A stretch of DNA of 64,000 nt from Octopus sinensis (Eukaryota), in contig NC_043012.1 in the NCBI RefSeq assembly GCF_006345805.1, positions 4,960,001 through 5,024,000 on the forward strand, written 5' to 3'. Positions 28,255-40,625 of this stretch are shown here, one piece after another. The position numbers and the translations under genes are program-made. How positions within the stretch are numbered: position 1 is the first letter of the stretch; every line of letters starts with the position of its first letter. The notes beneath the pieces are model-generated. The model did no database searches. It was not told where the DNA came from and saw only the letters and a program-made list of their open reading frames with translations.

Positions 28255-28424
28255 TATCATAAGTTGAAGACGGGAAGGATGACTTCCCTTTGCAAATACT
28301 GACAGGACACAGAAGTGTGTCTATGGCCAGCTGGAGGAGTGTGTCCTCCTGGGGCTAAAAACTACAGTAGCACCCACCCTTAGGGGTTAGCCATATTGAA
28401 ATGGCAAAAATACGTCACTATATG

Positions 28425-28528
<104 letters not shown>

Positions 28529-28940
28529 ATATATATATAGCTAGATAGATATAGCTACACACATAAACACACACACACATATATATATATATATACACAT
28601 AAATAATGCCTATCTGCATAAAAATATATATGTATATGTAGTTATATATTTGAATGTATGACTATGAATATATATATGTATTTCGAGGTGTGTCCTATTG
28701 TGTGGGTATATAGGTATATGGCTTCTGTATACCCCGTTTATACGTGCGTTCAATACGCAAGTGTCTGTGCGTTCGTTGAATGAGTGTGGTTGTGTTTGTA
28801 TGTCTGTGTGTCTATAAGCGTGCGTGTGTGTGTATGAGTCTGTATGTATTGTTAGAAGTAATATATAGAATGTTGTGTGTTTATGCCGACACACTCACCT
28901 ATGCGCACACGAATTTACATACGCACACACGAATTTACAT

Positions 28941-28979
<39 letters not shown>

Positions 28980-29659
28980 CACACACTCTCAAGCATACAT
29001 TCATACACTCATATGTACTTATGTATATAGATGTATGATATATATCTTTATTTTCTATGTAAACACAGACGTTTCGAAAACACACATAAATACACAGACA
29101 CACACAAACACAGACACAACACACACATACACACACATATATATGTGTATGCATGTGCGTCTGTTTGTGTGTGTTTGAATGAGTATGTATGTGCATGCAT
29201 AAGTAAATATAAGATTTTTGGTATTGCCTAATATATTAAGATTCAAAGCAAAAGAAAAACCAAAAGCGTTATGGCGAATTTCTGTTGTTTATGACTCTTG
29301 AGATCGCAGACCACTTAGAGATCGATGCTAATGTAAGGAGTTCATTCATTTATTGAAAGAAACACACTCTATCAATAGATCTCTGATACTGCGGAATACT
29401 GATATATGGAGCGTATTAAGAAACTATATTGCAATATCAATGAAACAAATGCAACGGGTGTATACAATGAAAGTATTTAAATATATCCGTGTATTTTCCG
29501 TTTTCCGCTTTTATCTCTATTTTCTTACATCAATATATGTATTAATCTCTATATGTTTGCCTCCTAATTACTTCGTTTCAAAATCTCCGAGTTTCGGAAG
29601 CCTGATGTTTGCTGAGAAAATCAGAACAAGTCGTGAGCACTAAGCAGTTGTCTCCTGTG

Positions 29660-29872
29660 AAGTTGCGTAGCCTTGGGGTCAGAGTATTCGGCTCACGACG
29701 GTAAGGACGTCAGTTCGATTTGCAGTGACATGTGACGCCTTAGAGCATGACACTTTATTTCATGTTTTCCAGTCCACACAGCTGAGTAGTACCTGTATTT
29801 GAAAGGACCAGCCTTGTCAAACTCTGTGACATGCTGAATCTCCATGAGAACTACGTTAAGAGTACGCGTGCT
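29660..29872 (+). mobile_element. SINE family D, partial
   Basis: Matches the 5' two-thirds of 37724-38046. Confidence 0.8.
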
Positions 29873-30744
29873 CACCTACTTGTGCCCTGGGTGTAGCCCC
29901 TTGTGGGCAGTAAAGAAATAAGAAACGTTAGCACGCCAGGTGAAATGCTTAATGGTATTTCGTCTGTCTTTATGTTCTGAGTTCAAATTCCGCCAAATTT
30001 CATCCTTTCGGGGTTGATAAATTAATTACCAGTTGCATACTGGAGTCGATCTAATCGACTGGCCCCATTCCCCAAAATTTCTGGCCTTGTGCCTAGAGTA
30101 GAAAAGAGTATTCTAGTTAATATATAACGCAATTCATTTGATAGAGAAAATGTATTAAAAAATTGAATTATTCTCGACACAAAAATTGCGCAGTTGATAT
30201 GAAATTTCCTCTGGCGGATGAAATTCTTCGGTGTCAGTGGCTGAATGCAAAGTACTATTGGACATCTGATAAAATAATTACGTTTATTAGATGTCATTTG
30301 TAAGACACATAGCAAACCGGTTCGTTCATAGCAAATGTCAGGATTGTAGGTTTTCTCATAGATAACAACTCATTTACTTCTGCTTGGGTCTTTGTTTAAT
30401 AGACGAATAACTGTAGATCATAAACTGAGTTCTGTTAATAAAGAAAAGGCTGAAGCAATCGGCCGCAGCTCTTTGGAGGCTAATAATTTAACACGGACAT
30501 TGAGTAGGGACATTGAGCCTTTGTTGGTGACGTTACTTTTTGATACTAGAGACAAACGCGCACACGTACACAAGCACACTCAAGGATGCACAGAAAGATG
30601 CACATACAGATAGAAAGAGAGAGGGTGAAAGAAAAATAAATAAAGAAAGAAAGAAAGAAAAAAAGAAAGAGAGAAATTGAACACAATTGGCATAAACACT
30701 TTCTTTCTCATACACATAGGGAAATAAACTCACACACATAAAAT

Positions 30745-30838
<94 letters not shown>

Positions 30839-30888
30839 CAGACAGATAGATAGATAGACAGACAGATAGATAGATAGATAGATAGATA
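30745..30888. repeat. (GATA)n/(GACA)n microsatellite
   Basis: Direct reading. Confidence 0.95.
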
Positions 30889-32514
30889 AAGAGAGAGAGA
30901 GAGAGCAAGAGATGCTGAACACAATTCACATAAACACTTTTATTCTCCTCATACATATAAATATGCTCATACTTATAAGCAAAGAGAGAGAGGAGGAGAA
31001 AGAATGAGAGAGAGAGACTGACATACAGAGAGACAGATAAATTGAGAGAGAAAGAGGGAGGGAGGGGAGGCAGGTAGACTGAAGATTGGTGAACGAGAGA
31101 AACAAAGCGTTTCATGTCAAAGATGTTCGCAGTGAATCATCGACGCCAACTAAGCGACATCAAACCGACATCAAACCGACATCAAACCGACATCAAACCC
31201 GATTAAGAACCGTGTCATTAGTATTATGAAGCTCATATATTCACACAGCCAGAGTCCTTGTAGAGACATTCACACTGTGCGTACGATTGCATCTGAAGCG
31301 TTGCAATCGATGCTGTTTGGCTGTAAAACCTGATCATTTAAACCAGTGCTTAAAAGTCTTTCATCCATGATTGCCATGTCTTTTAATTAGGCGTAATTTA
31401 TCCATGACTACATGAAGCAATAAGTTACAACATTAAAGATCGCAAGTTGTGATGTCAGGAAGAGCTAATTGCTATTTCTAATCGTTTGACCGGTCTGGTA
31501 GAATACTACTCATGAATGTTCAATTGTTCAGCCTTGTTAATCCTCACTTTGTATATTCAGGATTAATTTGTTATTGTTTAACCTCTTATCTATGATCAAA
31601 TGCGTCTCAAGTGTGATCATCATCACTTTAAATCTCCAGGATTAATTTACCCTGGATATTTTCCTTCCATTTAAGACGACAAGTAGATGTTTGAGTGACA
31701 CCGTAGGATTTCTTTCGTTAATCTATTATTTTATAAGACAACGTTGAAGAAGCCATATTGAGTTTACTCATTTGTCTTTTCCATTCTCACCATCACTTTC
31801 GTTTTCTCATCATGCCCCATGCTAACCATATCAACCAGTTCTTTCGCTCCAGAACGTCATCGTTCCTGAATTACGCCGCTTGTCTTATTCCACCCACAGC
31901 CATTACTTTACATCTGTTGAATAGAAACAACAGCCAAATCGGTCTTTCCCGCATCGAAGGACAGAGCTGATTCCTCCACTGCACTCTATCAAAAAATTAC
32001 AAATTGCGATTGTTCCAACAGTTAAATGTCTAGAACCAAAAAGTACGAACAAGTATATCTTCAATTTTTCTCTTTTGTTCTTTCTTTTGGTCACCAATTA
32101 TTTCACATCGGCTGGGGCCCACTTGGATGCTAGCAGCATGTTCTAATCGACGCGTCACTCTGTCTGGTATAGGGGGGTCTATTACCGTTCCATGGGTTAC
32201 GTAGCGCCTGTTTTTGGTTACGCGGAGGTGGGAGAGAGGAGGTAGAATTTGCACTCAGAAAGCAAAGAGCCGGAAACTCACAACGCAAGACGTCTTGGCC
32301 GACTCTCTAATAATTCCATTAGTTTCTTTGAATAAATTGTTATTCATGGAGTAGTATTCTAACCCTTTGGGTGTGAAAAGTAGATATATCAGCTGAAAGT
32401 GTTTCTGCCCAACAGCTTTGAAAAAACTTATCCTTATGCTGAGGAAAGCGAAGACATCCTCAGTGATGCATTTTAAAAAGGAGAATTGTTGAGATTTTCT
32501 TAATTTTTCAGATA

Positions 32515-32898
32515 CTAGCAGTATCGCCCAGCATTGCTCCTGTTTGTTTCGACCCTTTAGAATTGGAATTTTTGAAAAGTAAAAAATATGCATTATGTAG
32601 CTTGTTATTGAATATTTTTCCGGGTTGAAATATACCGAAAAATGGCGACACAGTAGTCAAACAATCGTAAAAAATCGGGATTTTCATAGAAAAAAAAGCA
32701 CGTTTTTGATGTAAATAATTTTTGCTCTCAACATGGTCCGATTTGAATTTTATCTTCTACGGAATGAAGAGCAAGCCTTCTTCTATCATACTTTCGATTT
32801 TGGTCAACTTGCGCCGCAGGGTCTCGGAGGAGATAGTGTTAGTTGAAAGCTACCAAACCTGCCACACACACAGACAACTTCAACTTTATATATTTAGA
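32515..32898 (-). mobile_element. Non-autonomous Helitron
   Basis: On the minus strand it begins A|TCTAAATATATAAAG and ends GGGCGATACTGCTAG|T: TC...CTAG termini, A|T target, no TSD, decayed subterminal GC-rich stretch. Confidence 0.7.
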
Positions 32899-33360
32899 TT
32901 TCATAAAATGCATTTGCAGAGCAAGAATCAAATACTTTACTGATGAATATGTAAACCGTAACTACGGGAGGTATTGAAAACTTATGGCAGAAAATATAAC
33001 GTCTATTGTTTTTGGTGAACAAGGAACAGCATTACGGGAATGACCATGAAAATTACGTTGTCATGGGCTAAAAAGTGAAGTTTACTTCAGCCATAGGCTG
33101 GAAGGTCAAAACGAAGTCAAGTAGTGCCAGACATATTATTCGACGCTCTAACAACTTCGTGTTTTACCTTGCTTGATAAATCAATAAACAACAATAAATA
33201 AACAACAACAGTGAATAAACAAATAAGTAACTACATAAATGCATTATGTGATTAACTTGTTTTCGTGAAACGAAAATGCCAACTGAACTGAAAATCTTTT
33301 CTCGAAAACGAAGTAAAGATACAAAAAAAGCAACAAAAACAACAACGATTACTACTACTA

Positions 33361-33462
<102 letters not shown>

Positions 33463-33636
33463 TGTTTAGCCCTAGGTTAATGTTGATCGAGTAGGCCTAA
33501 GCTCAAAGCCTTCCTGTTGCAATCATTCCGTCGCTTTGTTTATCAGGAACAGAATATCTTTACTTACTTCCTTATTTAATTTAAGATAGCAAAATTTCCT
33601 TTGAATCTAATTTGACGGCTAATTCTATCAGCTGCT

Positions 33637-33691
<55 letters not shown>

Positions 33692-33731
33692 GTAACAGAA
33701 GTTAAAATAGTTTGTGTTCAAAGCTGCTTGA

Positions 33732-33993
33732 GTAGGTATATGAAATATGGGCAGAGGTGAAAGGGTGTGTATGAAATGTGTCAGATGCTACAGTGGGTGT
33801 ATGAAATATAGGCAGCTACTACTGTGGGTGTATGAAATGTGAGCAGTTGCTAGATTGGGTGTATGAAATGTGGGTTGAGGCTAGAGCAGGTGGATGAAAT
33901 GTGGGCAGATGCTAAAGTAGATGCATGAAATGTGGGTAGATGCTATAGTATGTATATGAAATGTGAGCAGATGCTAGAGTGGTATACTAAATG
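33732..33993. repeat. 31-bp minisatellite, about 8 diverged copies
   Basis: ATGAAAT recurs at 33740, 33771, 33801, 33832, 33863, 33894, 33925 and 33956. Confidence 0.92.
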
Positions 33994-34076
33994 CTGGGTG
34001 CGTGATCATAAAAGCGTTTCTTCTGCTAATACTCAGATATATTTCTTTTATGTTGGTTGTGTAACAGACAACTGTA

Positions 34077-34382
34077 GTGGAGGCACATGGCCTAGTGGTT
34101 AGAGCAGCGGACTCGCGGTCGAGGGATCGCCGGTTCGAATCTCAGACCGGGCGATGTGTATGTTTATGAGCGAAACACCTAAGCTCCACGCGGCTCCAGC
34201 GGAAGGCAATGACGAACTTCTACTGACCCTTTCGCCACAACTTTCTCTCACTCTTTCCTCCTGCATCTTGAAGCTCTCCTGCGACGGACCGGCATCCCGT
34301 CCAGGTGGGGATCCTATACGCGAAGGAAACTGGGAAACCGGCCCTTATGAGCCAGGCATGGCTCGAGAAGGAACAAACAAAC
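34077..34382 (+). mobile_element. tRNA-derived SINE family E, full length
   Basis: A box TGGCCTAGTGG, B box GGTTCGAATC, tail CCTGCGACGGACCGGCATCCCGTCCAGG (resembles V/Meta-SINE domains); imperfect TSD ACAGACAACTGTA / ACAGACATCTGTG. Confidence 0.88.
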
Positions 34383-35486
34383 AGACATCTGTGCAATTTA
34401 CAGAGTTCACTGTGAGTAAGAAACGTTGATAATATCGGAAATAATTGATTATATTTGTTATTGCTATTATTGTTAATTATATTATAGTTCTTGATGATAT
34501 TAGGGTAAGTAGTTACCAGGACCATTCACAAGTCGGAAAATATTGCAATGCGTCATTCATTTCGGTTCTTTACTTTCTGAGTTCAAATCGTATCTAAGTG
34601 AATTTTTATCTTTTATTCTCTCGGAGTCGTAAAATAAACTGAACAAAAGCGCCCGATCAACGCAAGCCACCGCCAAGGAAACACCATCGTCCTCTCAACG
34701 ATTTGTCGTAGATGATTTTTTTTTTAATGAGAATATCTGAAATAAACTCGTCTGCTCTTACAAATGAGAATACTAAAAATTAACCCGACCGTTCAAAAAA
34801 TTAAGTAAAAGAAAAAACAGAAAATAATCCAGAATCCTTGTTCGGTAGGGTACGGGATCGATCCAAAAATCTAATCAGTTCGTGCCAGTCACGAAACCAA
34901 ACATCCCTGAAAGATTCCATTCTGTCTTCTTCCAACTATATATTCTAAACTCACAATGTTTCAGAGAAAGAAGATTTGTTCAATTTTCTTACGAGGTAGT
35001 CGAACTAAAGGGACAAATTAACGTAAATTGGAGCATTAGACCAAACGTCCCTGAAAGAATCCATCCAGTGGTTCTTGACACTCCGTCTTCGATAACTAGT
35101 CCCATGGCATCGACCCATGATATGGACTGTTCCCTTTCACTTCAGAATTGCAACATTTGTCCCTAAATTAAATACGGTTACGTTTACTGCTAAATAGATT
35201 ATTTTTCTTGCGAGCGTTTTTACTAATCGGTTACTTTTATCTTTTATTTGTTTCGGACATTAGATTGCGGCCATACTGGGGCAGCGCTTTGACGATATTT
35301 TAATCGAATGACTCGACCTTAGTACTCCATTCTTTTAATGCATGGTACTTATTTTGTCAGTTTTCTTAGTCGATCAGCTAAGTTACGGTAACGTAAACAA
35401 TGTCACCGTTTATGAGGCGCTCTTACGAGAGAAACACAGGTATAAACACACACACACGTACACACACACAAACACATACGCATACA

Positions 35487-35592
<106 letters not shown>

Positions 35593-35818
35593 GAGAGTTG
35601 TTGCTATCTAGAAGACGCAAAGAGTACCGGGTAACGCTAAGAGTATCGGGTAACGCTAAGTAAGGGCTATGGACAGTATGCTGTCAAGCCCTTGCTTCGA
35701 TAATGATACGAGTGAGAAGTATGATATGGGTCTTGTATTAGCAAAGAAAAAAAGGAGAGAGAGAAAAATGCAAAACAAAAACTTAAAAAGAAAGAAGTGA
35801 AAAGCCCGTCGTAAGGAG

Positions 35819-36760
35819 ACACTTCTCCAAAGTGACACATAGTGGGACTGAACCCGGGTTTATGTGATTGTGAAGCAAGCTTCTTATCACACAGCCACAT
35901 CTCTTTTATATTAATTTTTTCTGATATATATATTTCCCCTTTGTTTTGGGAATTTCCTATCCATCATTTCTTTATATTTCCTATTTGCAATGAACCAAAT
36001 GTCTGTGTATGTGTGTGTGTGTGTGTTGTGTGTGTGTGTGTGTGTGTGAGTGCGTGTGTATGTGTGAATTAATATAACAGAGAGCTAAAGAAAATCATTC
36101 ATAAAGAAAATAATTGTTTCCAATGTAAACAGAATGCGAGAAATACGGAGGAGAGGTGAGATCAATAGATTCTATCGATTACACTACTTGACTGGTATTT
36201 TATCTCATCAATCACGGTAATATGAATGTCAGACTCAACCATGGTGTGATTTGAATTCAGAAAGTAAGAAAAAAAGCCAGACCAAATACCACAAGTTATT
36301 GTGTTCCATGCTGTAAGAAATCCCACAATTCATCTCTCAAGGGATTTGAAATCAGAATATGAAGGGTCGTAGAAAAATCCTGGAAGGAATTTTATCATTT
36401 AGTATATGCATCAATTCTTAGATAATAGAATAGACACAAATCTTTAAAGAGATTAAGTACTGTGGGTGATTAATTCGACTGAACTAATTACGGTGACGTA
36501 AAAAAAACTATCACCGTTTGTGATACGCTCTTACGAGAGAAACACAGGTACAAACACACACACGCATGTACACTTCTCCAAAGTGATATGTAGTGGGACT
36601 GAACCCGGGTCTATGTGATTGTGAAGCAAGCTTCTTATCACACAGCCACGTCTCTTTTATATTAATTTTTTCTGATATATATATTTCCCCTTTGTTTTGG
36701 GAATTTCCTATCCATCATTTCTTTATATTTCCTATTTGCAATGAACCAAATGTATGTGTG
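35819..36760. repeat. Local direct duplication (35819-36010 vs 36570-36760; also 35385-35460 vs 36487-36565)
   Basis: Near-identical ~190 bp blocks that include non-SINE flank; ORFs 35842 and 36593 translate identically for ~55 aa. Confidence 0.9.
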
Positions 36761-37723
36761 TGTGTGTGTGTATGTGTGTGTCGAACTCGCTGGGAATGGA
36801 ACTCAAAGCGTAAGAATCTCGAAGAAATACTAAAATGCCTTTTGTCCGATTCTCTATCAGTTCTACCAATTCGCCACCTGACATAGATTTAAATAAGTGG
36901 TGTGTGAGTGTATATGTGCGTGTGTGAGTGTGTATGTGTGTGTCCATGGCGAAGAACCGGTTTGTAATCTAGATTCAAGGGATCCTTCAATGCAACTGAA
37001 AATTCAACAATATTAACAATGTAGCTATGCAGGTGTTTGTGTATATGCGCGATTGCTTGAAGTCAGGGCATGAGCAGATCTGTTTCGTTTCCATTATATC
37101 TTTGCTTTTTCAGAAAACGAAAAAAATAGTTTCACCATTCCATAACAAAATCGTTGTACTACACTTTCACAATTTCTATCTTGGCATCTGAAGCAGAGGC
37201 TGGAGATACGATAGTTTGCCCAAAATAACCGGCTATTGCAAGCAAAAATAAATATTGCAAAAAAATAAAATAACGATAAACGTGTGAGGTAAACACTGGT
37301 TTCAAATTTTGGCCCAAGACAAAGTGATCGACTGCTACTTATTTTATCAACTCTGAGAGAACGTAAGGTGAATTCGACCTCAGCGGTATTTGATCTCAAA
37401 ACGTAACGATGAGATGTCGCGAAGCAGCGTGCTTAACCTTCTGCCAGCTCGTCGTTTTAAAAGCGAAGTAAATATTAGTGTCATATGATAAATAAAAAAA
37501 AAATTCACATTCCTTTAAAGGTGAATAGGCAACGAAACTGCTATCATTAGAAATTAAATTTTGTGCTGTTGAATACAAATGATGAATTTTTGTTTTATTT
37601 ATTGTCTTAAGACGGATAAAAGACGAAGTTGTCTTCGACAGGATTTGAACACAGATCGCAAGGCATTTCGTCTAATGCTACAATTTATGTTAATTCTTCT
37701 CTTTAGTTCTACTACCTCGTAAG

Positions 37724-38046
37724 TGAAGGCGCGTGGCTTAGTGCTTAGGGCATTCGGCTCACGAGTGTAAGGTCGTGAGTTCAATTTCCGGCGACACGTT
37801 GGGTCCTTGAGCAAACACTTTATTTCACCTTCCTCCAGTCCACTCAGCTGGCAAAAAATGAGTCGTACCTGTATTTCAAAGGGCCGGCCTTGTCACACTC
37901 TGTGTCACGCTGAATCTCCCTGAGAACTACGTTAGGGCTACACGTATCTCTAGAGTGCTCGGCCACTTACACGTTAATTTCACGAGCAAGCTGTTCCGTT
38001 GATCGTATCAGCTGGGACCCTGGTCGTCGTAACCGACGGAGTACTC
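37724..38046 (+). mobile_element. SINE family D, full length, 15-bp TSD
   Basis: CTACTACCTCGTAAG at 37709-37723 and 38047-38061; tRNA-like head; CORE-like GTCCTTGAGCAAACACTTTATTTCAC. Confidence 0.92.
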
Positions 38047-38865
38047 CTACTACCTCGTAAGAAAATTGAACAAACTTCCTTACGCTGAAACATCGTCAGT
38101 TTAGAATATATGAATGGTAGAAGACAGAACGGAAGAAGTCTCTCTATCACAATGATTGCTTTCAAGAAATCTCCTTACAAAAGAAGTTTTAACTTCTTTT
38201 GTTTCAGGTTATTGTTTACTTCTTCGCTAAATAATATTTCTCGTTAAGTAAACAGATAAAATCTAACGGAGCTAGATCTTGTCTGACTGCAAAGTCAAAA
38301 TGATTATCTGCAGGATCTTATCTGTTAAACGTCATCTTTATTTGCTTACCTCCACTACATTCTTCGTACACTGAGATGTACAGCTTGTTGTTGGTTATGT
38401 TATATTCCATTGACTTTATTTCATTTTTCATTGCACCTAGTTCTTCCAAAAACCTTTCACTCCATATCTTCAATATCTCACCGAAAGATGATTATCTGCT
38501 TTCTCTCACAGCAACAAAGGACTTGTAAAGATGTTTAAAATATATGAAAGCACTTATTTTGGAAAAGAAAAAAATACAAAAAAAAACAGTGTATTAGCAA
38601 AAGTGTACACAAATATTTATCATAATACATAATATGTTCTTTTACTCGTTTCAGTTATTAGACTGCGGCCATGCTGGGGCACAGCCTTGAATTTTTAGTC
38701 GAATTAATCGACCCCTGCACTTCTTTCTTTTTAATACTGATACTTATTCTGTGGGTGTCTTTAGCTGAACCGCTAACTTACAGAGGATTCAAACACACCA
38801 ACACCAGTTGTCAAACGGTGGTTGGGAGAGTAATACAGACACAAAGAGACACACACATACGTATA

Positions 38866-38990
38866 CAGTAATCCCTCGACATATCGTGGTTCACATATCG
38901 CGGTTTATTACTTAGGCTTACGTCCATTACTCCGTGGTGTTTTTTGCATTCATGATAAAATAAATATTTACAAATTATAAAATTATATAA
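38866..38990 (+). mobile_element. pogo/Tigger-like DNA transposon terminus
   Basis: TA|CAGTAATCCCTCGACATATCG resembles pogo-family TIRs; the other end was not found. Confidence 0.5.
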
Positions 38991-38996
38991 TAATAT

Positions 38997-39050
<54 letters not shown>

Positions 39051-39158
39051 ATATATATATATATATATTACTAATATAGGAAGAAGTTTTTTCACAGAAA
39101 AAAATTTCATCAAAAAAGTGGCAGCATATCAAAATACCTTTAAAGGTTATAGTTATAA

Positions 39159-39260
39159 ACAACTTATAAACAAGGGCAAAAGAAAATTATTTCGCTTTAA
39201 AAGTTTGTTATCAGCATATTGGCAGAGAAATAATTTTCTTTTGCCCTTGTCTATAAGTTG

Positions 39261-39261
<1 letters not shown>
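39159..39261. repeat. 35-bp-arm inverted repeat with 33-nt spacer
   Basis: ACAACTTATAAACAAGGGCAAAAGAAAATTATTTC vs GAAATAATTTTCTTTTGCCCTTGTCTATAAGTTGT; one mismatch. Confidence 0.93.
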
Positions 39262-39342
<81 letters not shown>

Positions 39343-39374
39343 CATACATATATATGTACATGTATATATGTGAG

Positions 39375-39428
<54 letters not shown>

Positions 39429-40170
39429 CACATATATATACACTCACAGAATTAAGAGGAATGACCACGGAAGTGGACTACTAATATGCTAAATATAGAC
39501 GTCAAATCGCCATTACCACAATTTAACGTCTATTTTTATCATATTAGGAGTCCACTTTAGTGTTCATTTCTCTTAAATTTGTATGTAATATAATTTTTAA
39601 TCTTTGTGTCTTTTTATCAATTTCTACCCTCATTATTTACTTTATATGTGTATATATATACATATATATATATACATATATATATTTATATATATATATA
39701 TACATATATATATGTGTGTGTGTGTGTATTACGTATGTACGTATGTATACGACGCGCTTTTTTCAGTTTCCGTCTACGAAATTCGCTGACAAGGATTTGA
39801 TCTACTCGAGGCTTTATCAGAAGACACTTGTCCAAAGTGCCACGCTGTGAGACTGAATCGGGAACCGTGTGGTTCCGGCGACTTCGCCAACATAAGTGTA
39901 AAAATTATTCTAATGCAGGTGAACATAAATGTGAATTTTACTATGAAAATATAACACGTACTGTAATGAATAATAAACGAAAATAAATATTACAGTGAAA
40001 ATTTATGAAACTATATTTTCGTAGCAGGGTCGTGGCACTCCGTCGGTTACGGCGACGCGGGTTCCAGTTGCTCGTGAAATTAACGTGCAAATGGCTGAGC
40101 ACTCCACAGACACGTGTACCCTTAACGTAGTTCTCGCAGAGATTCAGCGTGACACAGAATGTGACTAGGC

Positions 40171-40625
40171 TTTCGTGCCCATCGCAGTCCCAGATATTTG
40201 TTAGTATATATTGCCATTGAAGTCAAAGAAGTTGTTTTCGTGGATACTTTAATCCTTCAATGATGAATCACTTTTGAATTACGTCTGGAATTTCATGAGG
40301 AAATTTCTCAAACCAGACATTTATTGCCTCTAGCCCATATTTATGAGAGATTGTGGTACAGAGGTTTACGACACCAGAAGTTGCAATAATGGTGTCATTC
40401 TTGATGAATTTTTGGAGGTGCTTTAACAGGTCCAGATCGTCCCTTACAAGAGGTGGTATGTATCTAAAATAGGTTTCAGTAAAGTGTCTAAAATGTTGCC
40501 CGTTCGGGCCTGCTACTGGTCTACTTGGTCTAAATTTAAGGTCTGTAGGATATTGTATGTTTATGCAATGAAGTTGTTCTTTACATGCATTCTTAGTATT
40601 TTGATTCTTATGGATCTTTCTACGG
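40171..40625 (-). mobile_element. Penelope-like element reverse transcriptase fragment
   Basis: DLKFRP..VAGPN, VRDDLDLLKHL, ATSGVVNLCT (DVVNLYT), GLEAINVW, ENNFFDFNGNIY*QISGTAMGTK (GTAMG at 40177-40191); disrupted by frameshifts and flanking SINEs. Confidence 0.88.

Larger units (their letters stand above)
27511..28418. mobile_element. Hammerhead-containing 353-bp retrozyme / Penelope-type non-autonomous element: 1.5 tandem copies (minus) head-to-head with 1.05 copies (plus)
   Basis: 27511-27697 repeats at 27864-28050 (period 353); 28049-28418 is the reverse-complemented, circularly permuted unit with an 18-nt terminal redundancy ATGGCAAAAATACGTCAC; candidate TSD TATATGTATAT (27500-27510 and 28419-28429). 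Confidence 0.85.

Noticed and set aside
28111-28302. 63-aa ORF duplicated at 27674-27865 (MFDFT...GAGKS...)
   Set aside because: Non-ATG start with an in-frame stop just upstream; it overlaps the ribozyme, the duplication is explained by the repeat, and GAGKS alone is not a credible P-loop.
27511-28418. Pure assembly or read-chimera artefact
   Set aside because: The segments carry private differences (27533 T vs 27886 C; 27850; a 1-bp deletion near 28313) and a candidate TSD; unlikely, though not excluded without reads.
31153-31200. CGACATCAAAC x4 as a CRISPR-like array
   Set aside because: Contiguous 11-bp tandem repeat with no spacers; eukaryotic context.
32938-32965. CTGATGAATATGTAAAC as a hammerhead
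   Set aside because: No GAAA box and no stems.
34077-34150. Functional tRNA gene
   Set aside because: A/B boxes are present but it continues into a SINE body with a TSD; the same applies to the other SINE heads.
38190-38330. Strong acceptor TTTTGTTTCAG|G as an exon start
   Set aside because: Stops in the following frames and no clear donor; cannot be supported without RNA data.
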